A stretch of 59,200 nt of DNA from a virus (Duplodnaviria; Caudoviricetes). Positions 18,670-28,097 of this stretch are shown here, piece by piece (the stretch's first letter is position 1; every line of letters starts with the position of its first letter). A program made the position numbers and the translations under genes. Location of the stretch: the IMG/VR virus record IMGVR_UViG_3300040856_002284, positions 1-59,200 of that record; one strand, written 5' to 3'. The notes beneath the pieces were generated by a model. It did no database searches. It was not told the DNA's origin and saw nothing but the letters and a program-made list of their open reading frames with translations.

Positions 18670-19649
18670 AAGCTATTATTCCAGCAAAGGATAAATGGGT
18701 AAGTTTAGTTTGGCAGGTTAATGATTGGTGCAACTTCCGTTGCACTTATTGTTCAGAATGGAATTGGGCGGGCCGTAATAAAAACGATAGCGATATAGAT
18801 ACTATTGTAAACACACTTGAACGTATTATCAAAACATATCAAGATAAAGGTTACAGATATTTTAAATTATATCTCAGTGGAGGAGAACCAACCTACTGGG
18901 CAGCATTGTTACCTGTCGTAAACAAGTTTAGAGAAATGGTAGAGTGGCCTGGTAGCAGTGTAGGCATTAACACAAACTTCAGTAGACCGTTGAGTTGGTG
19001 GGAAGAACATCATCACTTGTTTGAAGATGTTGTTGCAAGTTATCATCCTGAATGGACAAAAGAAGAAAAGTACATGATCAACTACAAGTTTCTACAAGAT
19101 AAGAAGAACTACTTGTGTAGTCGTGTAATGATGCAAAAAGAAAACTTCCAACAATGTGTGGATTTTACACAGCGTATAAAAGACGAATGCGACAATTACA
19201 TAATTGAATACGCACCTGTGTATGATGCATTACGTCCAAGCACTGATCCTTATCATTATGATGATCCGGAACAACTTGCATTTATTAAAAGTCACACTAC
19301 AGATAGACAACAAAAAATAGAAATAAAAAAGCAACCTAACTATGCATGGGCAAAAACTTGGTTTGAAGATGATAGTATAGAACCAATTGACACAAATGCT
19401 ATTATTGTAGAAGGCAAAAACTTTTTCAAAGGATGGACTTGTAACATACATGAAAGTTTACACATACATCCAAACGGAAACATTCAACAAGCCAGTTGCG
19501 GTGTAGGTCCTATAGTAGGCAACATTGTGCGTGGAGAGTTTAACGATTTGCTTACCGAAGGCGTAATTTGTCCAAAACATCATTGTCATTGTGCTGCTGA
19601 CTTTAACATCACCAAAGCAAGGCCTGAATATGCAAAAGAAATACAATAA
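18657..19649 (+). CDS. Radical SAM protein with C-terminal Cys cluster
   Basis: CNFRCTYC, SGGEP; C-terminal C...C...CPKHHCHC. Confidence 0.9.
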   Translation: MQDIKAIIPAKDKWVSLVWQVNDWCNFRCTYCSEWNWAGRNKNDSDIDTIVNTLERIIKTYQDKGYRYFKLYLSGGEPTYWAALLPVVNKFREMVEWPGSSVGINTNFSRPLSWWEEHHHLFEDVVASYHPEWTKEEKYMINYKFLQDKKNYLCSRVMMQKENFQQCVDFTQRIKDECDNYIIEYAPVYDALRPSTDPYHYDDPEQLAFIKSHTTDRQQKIEIKKQPNYAWAKTWFEDDSIEPIDTNAIIVEGKNFFKGWTCNIHESLHIHPNGNIQQASCGVGPIVGNIVRGEFNDLLTEGVICPKHHCHCAADFNITKARPEYAKEIQ

Positions 19650-20982
19650 AGATACATATTGTCATAGTGCTATGCATAGTTTTAGTTTACACAGCAATGG
19701 TAGAACTAGACCCTGTTGTGTAAGTAAAGTTCATACATCAAAATTTATGCCAGGAACAGATGTTCAACGATATCCTGCCTATTCATCTAATCCAGATCAT
19801 TATCAAGTTGCTGCGGACATAGAAGAATTTGTAAATGACGATAGTCTAAAACAAATTAGGAAACAAATGCTAAACGGTGAGAAGCCTGATGCTTGTAAAG
19901 AATGTTTTAACTTAGAACAAAAAGGTATAAAAAGTTTTAGACAATTACATAATGATGACCACATTGAAGATATTGATACAACATTAGAAAACATAAACGA
20001 AGATGGCAGTGTTGATATTAAGGCAATAAATTATTTAGATGTTACACTAGGAAATGTTTGCAATTTAAAATGTCGTACTTGTAATCCTTGGGCTAGTCAT
20101 AGTTGGTTAGATGAAGCACCAACCGTACCTCATAATGAATTTACAAAAACTACTTATATTGTAAGTAAAATGAGCAGCCAAAATCCGTGGTTTTTACAAG
20201 CATTTGAAACAGGATTTTTTGACGAAGTTCTACCTAATGTATCCACAATCAACTTTTTAGGAGGTGAACCTTTAGTTGTAAAAGAACATTATGCTTGGTT
20301 AGAAAAAATTGTAAAAATGGGTTATTCAAAAAACATAACATTACAATACAACAGCAATGGCACAACCATACCAAAAAAAATACTAGATGTATGGAAAAAT
20401 TTTAAACAGATTGTTTTGAGTTTAAGCATAGATGCAGTTGACGAATTAGCGTATTACGTTAGACATCCTAGTAAATGGCATGTAATACAGCGTAATGTAG
20501 GTAAGTTAGCAATTTACACAAGAACAAATTCAAACCTAAGTGTGCAAACTCATGTAACTTTAAGCAGCTTAAACATTCATGCACTACCTAAAATTATTGC
20601 ATGGTGCGGACAAAATTACAAGACCTGGAATCACATTGATAAATCTGATAACAACAATTGGAGACATCATGGGTATGAAAACTTTTTACCTCATTTCAAT
20701 ATAGTTGAACGCCCTTACAACATGCACATGTGTCATATACCAGATAATGTTAAAAGTGACATGTGTAAAATGTTAGACGATCTATATAAGAGTTTAAAAA
20801 ATTCATCTATACCAGAATGGGAAAAACATAGTTTAGAAAACATTTTAAATTTAAAAAACATAATTAACCAACCTCGTAGTGAAAAAGAATGGAACAACTT
20901 TTTGGACAACACAAAAGCCAGTGACAGGTTTAGAAATGTAAACATAACTGATTACGTTCCTTGGATTAAAGAATGCATGTAA
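19630..20982 (+). CDS. Radical SAM protein with N-terminal twitch-like domain
   Basis: YCHSA, PCC, CKEC; CNLKCRTC; GGEP. Confidence 0.92.
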   Translation: MQKKYNKDTYCHSAMHSFSLHSNGRTRPCCVSKVHTSKFMPGTDVQRYPAYSSNPDHYQVAADIEEFVNDDSLKQIRKQMLNGEKPDACKECFNLEQKGIKSFRQLHNDDHIEDIDTTLENINEDGSVDIKAINYLDVTLGNVCNLKCRTCNPWASHSWLDEAPTVPHNEFTKTTYIVSKMSSQNPWFLQAFETGFFDEVLPNVSTINFLGGEPLVVKEHYAWLEKIVKMGYSKNITLQYNSNGTTIPKKILDVWKNFKQIVLSLSIDAVDELAYYVRHPSKWHVIQRNVGKLAIYTRTNSNLSVQTHVTLSSLNIHALPKIIAWCGQNYKTWNHIDKSDNNNWRHHGYENFLPHFNIVERPYNMHMCHIPDNVKSDMCKMLDDLYKSLKNSSIPEWEKHSLENILNLKNIINQPRSEKEWNNFLDNTKASDRFRNVNITDYVPWIKECM

Positions 20983-21692
20983 TATATAGAAAAACACTTG
21001 CAAAAAACTTTAGATACACAACAAACATTTATAATCATCGCTATGGGTGTAACGACGAAGAAGCAAAAAATAAAAATACATTAGAATTGTACATAAACAA
21101 GGCAAAAATGTATTATGTATCGCAACAGATCAAACCAAACACATATTTTTACTTGGAATTGGTCAATGTTTCGCTAGGGTATTTTGCAGTTGTTGTAGCA
21201 ATAGCAGAATTACAATGCATAATTACAAACAACAAAAACGAAGCCGACATAACAATCGATAGGATTGAATTAGATAATATTTTAAGTTATAATATTGTTG
21301 ATAGTAAAAAATGCACTAGTGTAAATAAAAAAATTCCTACTATGGATACACCTTTATATAAAAGGTTTGATAAAACATATACACATAGAGAATGTTTTGA
21401 TGCTAGTAGAATAAATTTTGATGATATAAAAGGCGAAGTGTTAATAGTTTCTAATGATACTTTGATACATAACCTTCTTAATGTATTGTTTCCTGTGTTA
21501 ATCAATTCTAATATTGGCAATAGACTAGCACTTGGTTATTATAACTTTGAAGATGCTAAACATAAAATTGCACACACAGCCATACATCATAGTATTGATC
21601 AAATATTCTTGCCAAGTGGTGTTGATTCAAGTGTAAAAAAAGAAATAGAAAATATTACACCAAATGTAAAAATTAGGTATTTTTGTTATTGA
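20973..21692 (+). CDS. Hypothetical protein, last gene of the radical SAM operon
   Basis: Overlaps the upstream stop; AT-rich. Confidence 0.55.
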   Translation: MHVIYRKTLAKNFRYTTNIYNHRYGCNDEEAKNKNTLELYINKAKMYYVSQQIKPNTYFYLELVNVSLGYFAVVVAIAELQCIITNNKNEADITIDRIELDNILSYNIVDSKKCTSVNKKIPTMDTPLYKRFDKTYTHRECFDASRINFDDIKGEVLIVSNDTLIHNLLNVLFPVLINSNIGNRLALGYYNFEDAKHKIAHTAIHHSIDQIFLPSGVDSSVKKEIENITPNVKIRYFCY

Positions 21693-21717
21693 CAACGCTG
21701 TTTTTTTATGCTACAAA
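21689..21717 (+). promoter_or_regulatory. sigma70-like promoter
   Basis: TTGACA-17-TACAAA with TG extension. Confidence 0.45.
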
Positions 21718-21744
21718 ACACGAACTAGCATAAAGGAGCAAGCA

Positions 21745-21933
21745 ATGAAAAATGTAATTCTTAAAAACGGTGACGATAGTGTTGCAGTAACCGTAAAACG
21801 GCGAAAGAAACAGGCAACATTTACCTTTTATCAAGGTACAGATTTTCTTATGGAGAAAATTTATGATGATCTAAAACCTGCTGAAAAAGAATATAATATG
21901 CTAGTAACAAATGGATATGAAATTGCTTTCTAG
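21745..21933 (+). CDS. Hypothetical protein
   Basis: AAGGAG RBS. Confidence 0.6.
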   Translation: MKNVILKNGDDSVAVTVKRRKKQATFTFYQGTDFLMEKIYDDLKPAEKEYNMLVTNGYEIAF

Positions 21934-21942
21934 GAGGGCACC

Positions 21943-22461
21943 ATGAATACATGGGTAATAAGTGATACACACTTTAATCACGCTAACATATTAACATTCA
22001 AAGATTATGCTGGCAAACCTCCTAGAGTGTTTGACAATGTAGAACATATGAACGAGTGTATGATGGACAATTGGGTTGATTGTGTTAAACCAAACGACAC
22101 TATCTACCACTTAGGCGATGTGTTGTTTGGTATGGATAAAGTTGAATGGTTGGAAAATAACTTTGCCAAGTTGCCTGGTAAGAAAAAACTTATCTTAGGC
22201 AATCATGACAATCCAAAGTTTCTTGCACCTTTCTTTAAGGATATAATGCTTTGGAGAGATATGAGTGACATAGGATTGTTGTTGAGCCATACGCCGCAAC
22301 ACGCAAGTACACTTGCAGAGTCGCACAGATTTGGTACTGACCCAATACTAAACGTTCACGGACACATACACAGCAACCCTTCACCAGAAGGACCATACAA
22401 ATGTGTGTGTGTTGAGCAAACTAATTTTTCACCGGTCAACTTAGATTCACTTTTAGGTTGA
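21943..22461 (+). CDS. Calcineurin-like metallophosphoesterase
   Basis: SDTH, LGD, GNHD, SH.P, HGHIH. Confidence 0.92.
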   Translation: MNTWVISDTHFNHANILTFKDYAGKPPRVFDNVEHMNECMMDNWVDCVKPNDTIYHLGDVLFGMDKVEWLENNFAKLPGKKKLILGNHDNPKFLAPFFKDIMLWRDMSDIGLLLSHTPQHASTLAESHRFGTDPILNVHGHIHSNPSPEGPYKCVCVEQTNFSPVNLDSLLG

Positions 22462-22543
22462 CCACCTACACAATATAGTGTATGTTATACACATAGCGCA
22501 TTTGGTAGTCGGGAGGCAAATGCCCAACTTAAAGGAAAACGTT

Positions 22544-22798
22544 ATGAATAGAGTTACTAAAAAATTCTTACTAAAACTTGCACCAATTGCTATTGGAGTT
22601 GTATACACATGGATCGCCTTGGAAATTGGTGGTTTTGTAGCCAAAATGTATGGAGATCCTTTGTATGGATTGCTCACTATAGGATTCATGGTTATAGGCC
22701 CTATGGTGGGTTATATGCTACGTGAAACTTGGTTACAAGCCAAGCGTGAAGTAGAATGGGAAAATCGTGAACTAGTTAACAACATCAAAGATGCTTGA
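22544..22798 (+). CDS. Two-TM membrane protein
   Basis: Two hydrophobic stretches; AAGGA RBS; TTGACC-17-TATGTT upstream. Confidence 0.6.
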   Translation: MNRVTKKFLLKLAPIAIGVVYTWIALEIGGFVAKMYGDPLYGLLTIGFMVIGPMVGYMLRETWLQAKREVEWENRELVNNIKDA

Positions 22799-23108
22799 CG
22801 AACACGCAGCGAAGATATTCGAAAAGAATATCAATATGATGGTGCCATGGTATCTCATGGCATCATATGCCTACTATAAACAAGACGATGCTATCTTCTC
22901 GGATGGCTTCTTTGACGAAATGGGCAAAACAATGTTGGCTGTTTGGGATGATATAGAACACTTCCACAAAGAACATATTAGCATAGGCGATTTAGAAGCA
23001 GGCACTTTCTTGGGCGAGTATCCAAGTCGTGTAGAAGGTGGATTGGCAGAAGTGCGCAAAAAGTTTTACAACAAAAACGGCTCAGTAAAAAAGAATGTAA
23101 AGGTATGA
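22791..23108 (+). CDS. Stand-alone NAD-dependent ligase domain-Ia-like protein
   Basis: AYYKQDDAIFSDGFFD matches the YY..D.P.ISD..(Y/F)D pattern. Confidence 0.6.
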   Translation: MLDEHAAKIFEKNINMMVPWYLMASYAYYKQDDAIFSDGFFDEMGKTMLAVWDDIEHFHKEHISIGDLEAGTFLGEYPSRVEGGLAEVRKKFYNKNGSVKKNVKV

Positions 23109-23356
23109 TTTACAAACTTGGAACAATAATGGGACACATTGGACACGCTCCTCCTGAATCAGAACCTTGGTCTAGTCTCAAAACGCTGGGCATTGATGTA
23201 GCGTTGGCAAAACGAGCAGTGCATAAACTCTACTTCGAGGAGGCGTTGGGTTATGTTGACGGATTTGCTACCTATCACGATGTGTTCTTCATCCCTAACG
23301 ATACAAAACACGGAAGTCTATTTGCTATGAAATACGGAACAAAGATTGATGATTGA
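23105..23356 (+). CDS. Hypothetical protein
   Basis: Coupled ORF ending F.MKYG. Confidence 0.55.
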   Translation: MIYKLGTIMGHIGHAPPESEPWSSLKTLGIDVALAKRAVHKLYFEEALGYVDGFATYHDVFFIPNDTKHGSLFAMKYGTKIDD

Positions 23357-23582
23357 AGTGCCGTTTAATATTGAAAGACACGATGCTGAAAGCCACAATC
23401 CGTTGAGCACTTGGATTCAACGCAACTGGAATATGCCTTGGCTAAACTATCTGCTGGAGAATACTCAAGGGATTGATACAGAACACTACTATGACCCGCC
23501 TACTGACCAGTACCGTGTGACTTTTAAGTTTAACTTGGACCCAAAGAAAGAAACATTCTATAGGATTAAATATGGCTCGTAA
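23346..23582 (+). CDS. Hypothetical protein
   Basis: Coupled ORF ending FY.IKYG. Confidence 0.55.
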   Translation: MMIEVPFNIERHDAESHNPLSTWIQRNWNMPWLNYLLENTQGIDTEHYYDPPTDQYRVTFKFNLDPKKETFYRIKYGS

Positions 23583-23802
23583 ATACGACATTCCAAAAAC
23601 ATTTGAGATTGATAGCGAGATTGCTGATGTTCTTGCTATCCAAAGTCTCAAGCAGCACTACAACTATACAATAAGTGACTTGGACAATTTTGTGTTACAC
23701 CAAAAAGGGCATCCTGAGGACTACGATCGTAACCTCAGACTCAAACACGCTATCGAAATAGTTCTTGACTACTACGGCGTTCAACTATATAGTAAGACAT
23801 AA
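23572..23802 (+). CDS. Hypothetical protein
   Basis: AGGA RBS, overlapping ORF. Confidence 0.55.
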   Translation: MARKYDIPKTFEIDSEIADVLAIQSLKQHYNYTISDLDNFVLHQKGHPEDYDRNLRLKHAIEIVLDYYGVQLYSKT

Positions 23803-23816
23803 CAAAGGAGAATGTG

Positions 23817-24011
23817 ATGTCTAAGTATGGTCCGAGAGTTTATGCTAGTGAAATAGTAAATACAAAAAAGCATTGGGCAGTAGGCACCGTTTGGACTGCT
23901 GAAGGCGGCAAAGGCATTTATCACATTGAAATGAAGGACAATGGCTTTACGTGTGATTGTCCAGCATTCAAAAAATGTAAGCATATAAAAGCAGTTGAGG
24001 AGGCATTTTAA
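23817..24011 (+). CDS. SWIM zinc-finger protein
   Basis: CDCPAF..CKH. Confidence 0.75.
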   Translation: MSKYGPRVYASEIVNTKKHWAVGTVWTAEGGKGIYHIEMKDNGFTCDCPAFKKCKHIKAVEEAF

Positions 24012-25213
24012 TGGCAAGGGCAAGTAAAGTAGCAGCAAAACCCAAAAAGAAAACGGCAAGAGCAGTTCGTCGTGGCGCTAATATGATGCCTCTAATGCCT
24101 ATAAAAGGTATTACTTGGCACAAAGCTCAGTACTATACACACTATGAAGTAGAATCAAAGGAGTGGTTAACCGTTGTTAAAAACTATATTAAAAAACACT
24201 ATGATAAAAAGATGGTTAGTTCAATCAACAAGTTACCGGATTGGAAGATTGGTGGGAAGAGCCATTGGGCGACTGCGGCATTTTTAATTGACAATGATAA
24301 AGCAGACATTGTTCCAGAAGGACACAGCAAAGGACTAGATAGCTGGATCAAAGAACTTGCTGAAGAAGGTGCTGCTGTTGTTGAAGAAAAGAAAGCAGAA
24401 GAAAAAACTAAAAAGAATGTGTATGTTCCTAGTATTCAAGAACGTATCCGTGATCAAGCGTATGATGCCTGTGAAGCTATTGAAGAATGGTTAGATGGGT
24501 TTATTACAGACAAGAAAAAGTTTGATCCTAAAGGTTTTGACTTTGTTTCACACTTTGCCAAGTTTAAAGTAACACAAGCACATGCCCGCAAGATTAAAGC
24601 ATTCTATACTAGCGAATATGAAGAAGCACAACTAATTCAAAAACTTCCAACACCAGGTGAAATCAATCGTTGCAAAGACGAGCGTGAAGCTGACATGCTA
24701 CAGCAGCTAAGAGAAGGCTATGCACACTTAACCAAAGCAGACGCTAAAACATACTTAACAGCATTAGAGACGCTACACGGCGCTTGTGACGTTGTTATAG
24801 ACGCTGCTAAGGCTACACGTAAACCACGTGCGAAGAAAGCACCAAGTAAAGAAAAATTGATTGCTAAACTGAAGTATCTTGAACGTGATGATAAACTTCA
24901 ACTTGTAAGTGTTAATCCACTAGAATTGCTAGAGGCTACAGAAGTATGGGTGTATAATACAAAGACACGTAAGCTCGGCAAATACGTGGCAGCAGAACAT
25001 GCAACAATACAAGTAAAAGGCGCTTCATTGGAATTCTTTGATGAGAAGTTGAGTATACAGAAAACACTACGTAAACCTGACGAAACATTGAAAGCATTTA
25101 AGAAAGCAGGTAAGGTTGCACTACGCAAGTTTATGGATGAAATTAAAACAACTGATATCAAATTGAATGGTAGATTAAATAGTGATACTATTATTCTAAA
25201 ATGTGTCCACTAA
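24011..25213 (+). CDS. Basic phage hypothetical protein
   Basis: 400 aa; VYNTK.RKL, QKTLRKP, NGRLN motifs; GGAGG RBS. Confidence 0.75.
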   Translation: MARASKVAAKPKKKTARAVRRGANMMPLMPIKGITWHKAQYYTHYEVESKEWLTVVKNYIKKHYDKKMVSSINKLPDWKIGGKSHWATAAFLIDNDKADIVPEGHSKGLDSWIKELAEEGAAVVEEKKAEEKTKKNVYVPSIQERIRDQAYDACEAIEEWLDGFITDKKKFDPKGFDFVSHFAKFKVTQAHARKIKAFYTSEYEEAQLIQKLPTPGEINRCKDEREADMLQQLREGYAHLTKADAKTYLTALETLHGACDVVIDAAKATRKPRAKKAPSKEKLIAKLKYLERDDKLQLVSVNPLELLEATEVWVYNTKTRKLGKYVAAEHATIQVKGASLEFFDEKLSIQKTLRKPDETLKAFKKAGKVALRKFMDEIKTTDIKLNGRLNSDTIILKCVH

Positions 25214-25220
25214 ATATAAT

Positions 25221-25526
25221 ATGACATTAGAGAAACTTGAACAACAGGTGCTAGTGTGGAACAGAGCCGCAATCTTAGCACCTATTTTTTTTACTGGCCT
25301 GCTTATGGTCGCTTGGTTTTTGAATTTATGTAGCACACAAATGCTATTCTTCATTGCCTGCGGATTGTATTTTGCCACAGCGGTTATTTGGTGGTGGTGG
25401 ACTATGAAAAGTATACACTTATTGGTTAAAACACTAACCAGCACAAGAGATGGTGTACAAGAAGTAGCAACCGAACTAAAAAACATTCGAGAAGAACTAA
25501 GTGTTGACAAGTTCAAAGATAAGTAA
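25221..25526 (+). CDS. Two-TM membrane protein with coiled-coil tail
   Basis: Two hydrophobic helices; CTAAATA 4 nt before ATG 25221. Confidence 0.6.
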   Translation: MTLEKLEQQVLVWNRAAILAPIFFTGLLMVAWFLNLCSTQMLFFIACGLYFATAVIWWWWTMKSIHLLVKTLTSTRDGVQEVATELKNIREELSVDKFKDK

Positions 25527-25532
25527 TACAAT
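25504..25532 (+). promoter_or_regulatory. sigma70-like promoter of queD
   Basis: TTGACA-17-TACAAT. Confidence 0.65.
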
Positions 25533-25540
25533 AAAACAAA

Positions 25541-25603
25541 AGTGGACTAAACAGGGATCAACCCACTCTAAATATTCTGCCCCCTCAACCAACGAGGAAA
25601 AGT
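25541..25603 (+). promoter_or_regulatory. Structured 5' leader (riboswitch candidate) of queD
   Basis: AGTGG/CCACT stem; loop CAGGG can pair with CTG or CCCT downstream; CCTC/GAGG hairpin covers the RBS. Confidence 0.5.
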
Positions 25604-26104
25604 ATGGTACAACCAATAACCTATAAGTACACAAGTACAAAAGAATATCACGATGCATTTCCATGTGCATATCGTCAATGGCGTGCTGATTCACATTGTA
25701 ATACTATTCACGGCTATGCATTTAGCATGAAGTTTTACTTTGGCACAAATGATTTAGATGCAAGAAACTGGGCTGCTGATTATGGCGGACTAAAAGACTT
25801 AAAAGCATTTTTAGAAGATCAGTTTGATCATACACTTATTGTGGCTGAAGACGATCCAGAACTGGAAACATTTAAACTACTGCAAGAAAAGAAAATGGCC
25901 AAAGTTGTTATACTGCCAGCAGTTGGATGTGAAATGTTAGCAGATCAACTTTACAAATATGTAAATGGCATTTATATTCCAGACATGTGGGGTCCAAGTG
26001 AAGCAGAACGCTTGTGGTGTTATCGTGTAGAAGTAAGAGAAACACAAAGCAATATGGCTTTCCGTGAAGGACACCGTGAATGGAATGAAGATTTATTTGA
26101 ATAA
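25604..26104 (+). CDS. queD: QueD / 6-pyruvoyl-tetrahydropterin synthase family
   Basis: C..IHGY, DYGGLK, FDH, E.LA, V.VRET. Confidence 0.85.
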   Translation: MVQPITYKYTSTKEYHDAFPCAYRQWRADSHCNTIHGYAFSMKFYFGTNDLDARNWAADYGGLKDLKAFLEDQFDHTLIVAEDDPELETFKLLQEKKMAKVVILPAVGCEMLADQLYKYVNGIYIPDMWGPSEAERLWCYRVEVRETQSNMAFREGHREWNEDLFE

Positions 26105-26796
26105 TGAATTATGTAGTTTGTCTAAAATGGGGTGACAAATATAGTGCAGACTATGTAAACAAATTACAAAGCATGGTGCAGCGTAATCTTTCGCTGCCCT
26201 ATGAATTTGTTTGCTTTACTGAAAACACTGATGGAATCACAAAAAATATTCGTACTGAAAAACTGCCAAAGTTACCTGTAACTGGCTGGTGGTATAAACC
26301 TTGGTTCTTTAGTAACGAAATTGGTTTAGAAGGTACAATACTTTTTTTAGATTTAGATTTGATTGTATTTCAAAACATAGACAAACTTTTCACTTATGAA
26401 CCTAAAAAGTTCTGTATTATACAAGACTTTAATAGAAAGTTTCATAGAAATTTTACAAGAGTAAATTCAAGTGTGTTTAGATTTCAAAGCGGACAATTTG
26501 TAGATCAATACAAAGACTTTGTACAAAACAGACAAAAATATTTAACAAGATATAAAGGAGACCAAGATTGGATTTATGCTAAAATGCCTAATCACACATT
26601 TTGGCCTCAAGAGTGGATACAAAGTTACAAATGGGAAATGCGTGGTAGACAATATCTTACACTAAAAAATGGAGTTAGAAATTTTACAGAGCCAGGCATA
26701 CCAGATATTTTACCAGAAACAAGCATTGCAGTATTTCATGGACAGCCTAATATGCATGATTGTATAGATAATTGGCCTAAACAAAATTGGCGTTAA
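26104..26796 (+). CDS. GT-A glycosyltransferase (GT8-like)
   Basis: KWG.KY, DLD, NSSV, GDQ, FHG.P. Confidence 0.8.
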   Translation: MNYVVCLKWGDKYSADYVNKLQSMVQRNLSLPYEFVCFTENTDGITKNIRTEKLPKLPVTGWWYKPWFFSNEIGLEGTILFLDLDLIVFQNIDKLFTYEPKKFCIIQDFNRKFHRNFTRVNSSVFRFQSGQFVDQYKDFVQNRQKYLTRYKGDQDWIYAKMPNHTFWPQEWIQSYKWEMRGRQYLTLKNGVRNFTEPGIPDILPETSIAVFHGQPNMHDCIDNWPKQNWR

Positions 26797-27878
26797 AATT
26801 TACTCCAGTACTCAGGAAACATATTACTATAGGATGAAAAGTTTGGATATTTTCCTATTGCATTTTTTTCCTTTTCTAAAATTATACTTTTGGTATCTAT
26901 TGTTTGACAATCTTGTTTAAGAAAAGAGCAAACACTATCATATTTTGATCCACTAGATTTATATTTAAGAAGTAGCTCTTTTTTTAACACATTATTTAAA
27001 GAACTTATTTCAAGACCATATGGGTATGTCAAAATATTGACATTGGATCCAACATTGTAATTATCAAAAAACTTCACCGTTTTATCTATTTCAAAAATAT
27101 TGTATACACTTGCTGTAATTACAACATGTAAATTCGGAAATAATTTATGATATCTTTCAAAGTTTTTAATCCATTTCTCCCAAACTAACCCTGTTCTTGT
27201 ATATTCTGCCATTTTTTCAATGCCATCCATACTAATATGAAATTCTAAATCTTTAAAACTTTTTAATGTTTTTATTTCTTTTTCACTTAATTTTATAGTG
27301 CCATTGGTGTTTATTTGTAATGTAATATTCTTTGCATAATTTTTTTCTACACAAAAATTTAATAACTTCCAAGACTCTTGATCAAATAAAATTTCTCCTC
27401 CTGTCATGTAAAGATATTCTATAGTTGATAGACTTTCGTAGATACTATTGTATAATCTACTATGAGGTTTAACAAAATCTATAACTTTAGATTCTCCAAA
27501 TTGTTCTTGCCAATGTAAACTACTAAATTGTGATGAACACATCCTACAAGCTAAATTACACTTATTGTTGAATCCTATGTGCAAATATTTAAGTTCAGGA
27601 TTAAATTTATTTTCTTTTATGTCCACGTCTACACTTTTTATTTTATTAAAAATGTTATAATAGGCATGTTTTGTATCTGACACCTTACATTTGTTGCATA
27701 CTTTGGGTATAGAATGACCAAGTGTTTGTTGCAAGTCTGAAAAGTTATGTTGATGCTCTTTAATGGATAAACTATTATTTCCAGCAACACCAGGTTGGTA
27801 CCAACAGCAAGGCTGTACTAATCCTCCTAATATACTAATAGCAATACTAGGTGCCGAACATATGCTTTTTTTGCTCAT
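26793..27878 (-). CDS. Radical SAM protein with N-terminal twitch-like domain
   Basis: CSAP, PCC, CNKC; CNLACRMC; TGGE; start MSKKSIC. Confidence 0.88.
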   Translation of the reverse strand: MSKKSICSAPSIAISILGGLVQPCCWYQPGVAGNNSLSIKEHQHNFSDLQQTLGHSIPKVCNKCKVSDTKHAYYNIFNKIKSVDVDIKENKFNPELKYLHIGFNNKCNLACRMCSSQFSSLHWQEQFGESKVIDFVKPHSRLYNSIYESLSTIEYLYMTGGEILFDQESWKLLNFCVEKNYAKNITLQINTNGTIKLSEKEIKTLKSFKDLEFHISMDGIEKMAEYTRTGLVWEKWIKNFERYHKLFPNLHVVITASVYNIFEIDKTVKFFDNYNVGSNVNILTYPYGLEISSLNNVLKKELLLKYKSSGSKYDSVCSFLKQDCQTIDTKSIILEKEKNAIGKYPNFSSYSNMFPEYWSKF

Positions 27879-27889
27879 AAAAATATTTA

Positions 27890-27917
27890 TTGACATTTTA
27901 TAAAGTGCGTGTATAAT
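27890..27917 (+). promoter_or_regulatory. sigma70-like promoter
   Basis: TTGACA-16-TATAAT. Confidence 0.6.
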
Positions 27918-27923
27918 TAGAAT

Positions 27924-28097
27924 ATGGTTAGAACTTATATGATGTATGCAGGTCTTACTTTTCTTGGCTATGAGTATGGCGAGACAGAAGATGCAGTAAT
28001 TTTTAGAACGGTGGCTAAGTTTGGTCATCCAAACAAGTGGAATGAAGAGGAATATACAGCAAAACTTATTCCACATCCACAAGAGGTAACAGCGTGA
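27924..28097 (+). CDS. Small hypothetical protein (57 aa, not in ORF track)
   Basis: ATG 6 nt after -10 box; GTGA-coupled to uvsE. Confidence 0.55.
   Translation: MVRTYMMYAGLTFLGYEYGETEDAVIFRTVAKFGHPNKWNEEEYTAKLIPHPQEVTA

Noticed and set aside
25604-26104. Complete 7-deazaguanine DNA-modification pathway
   Set aside because: Only QueD is present; no FolE, QueC or DpdA in the window, and the radical SAM proteins do not look like QueE
27879-28082. N-terminal extension of the minus-strand radical SAM ORF
   Set aside because: Crosses a plus-strand promoter and small gene; MSKKSIC is the better start
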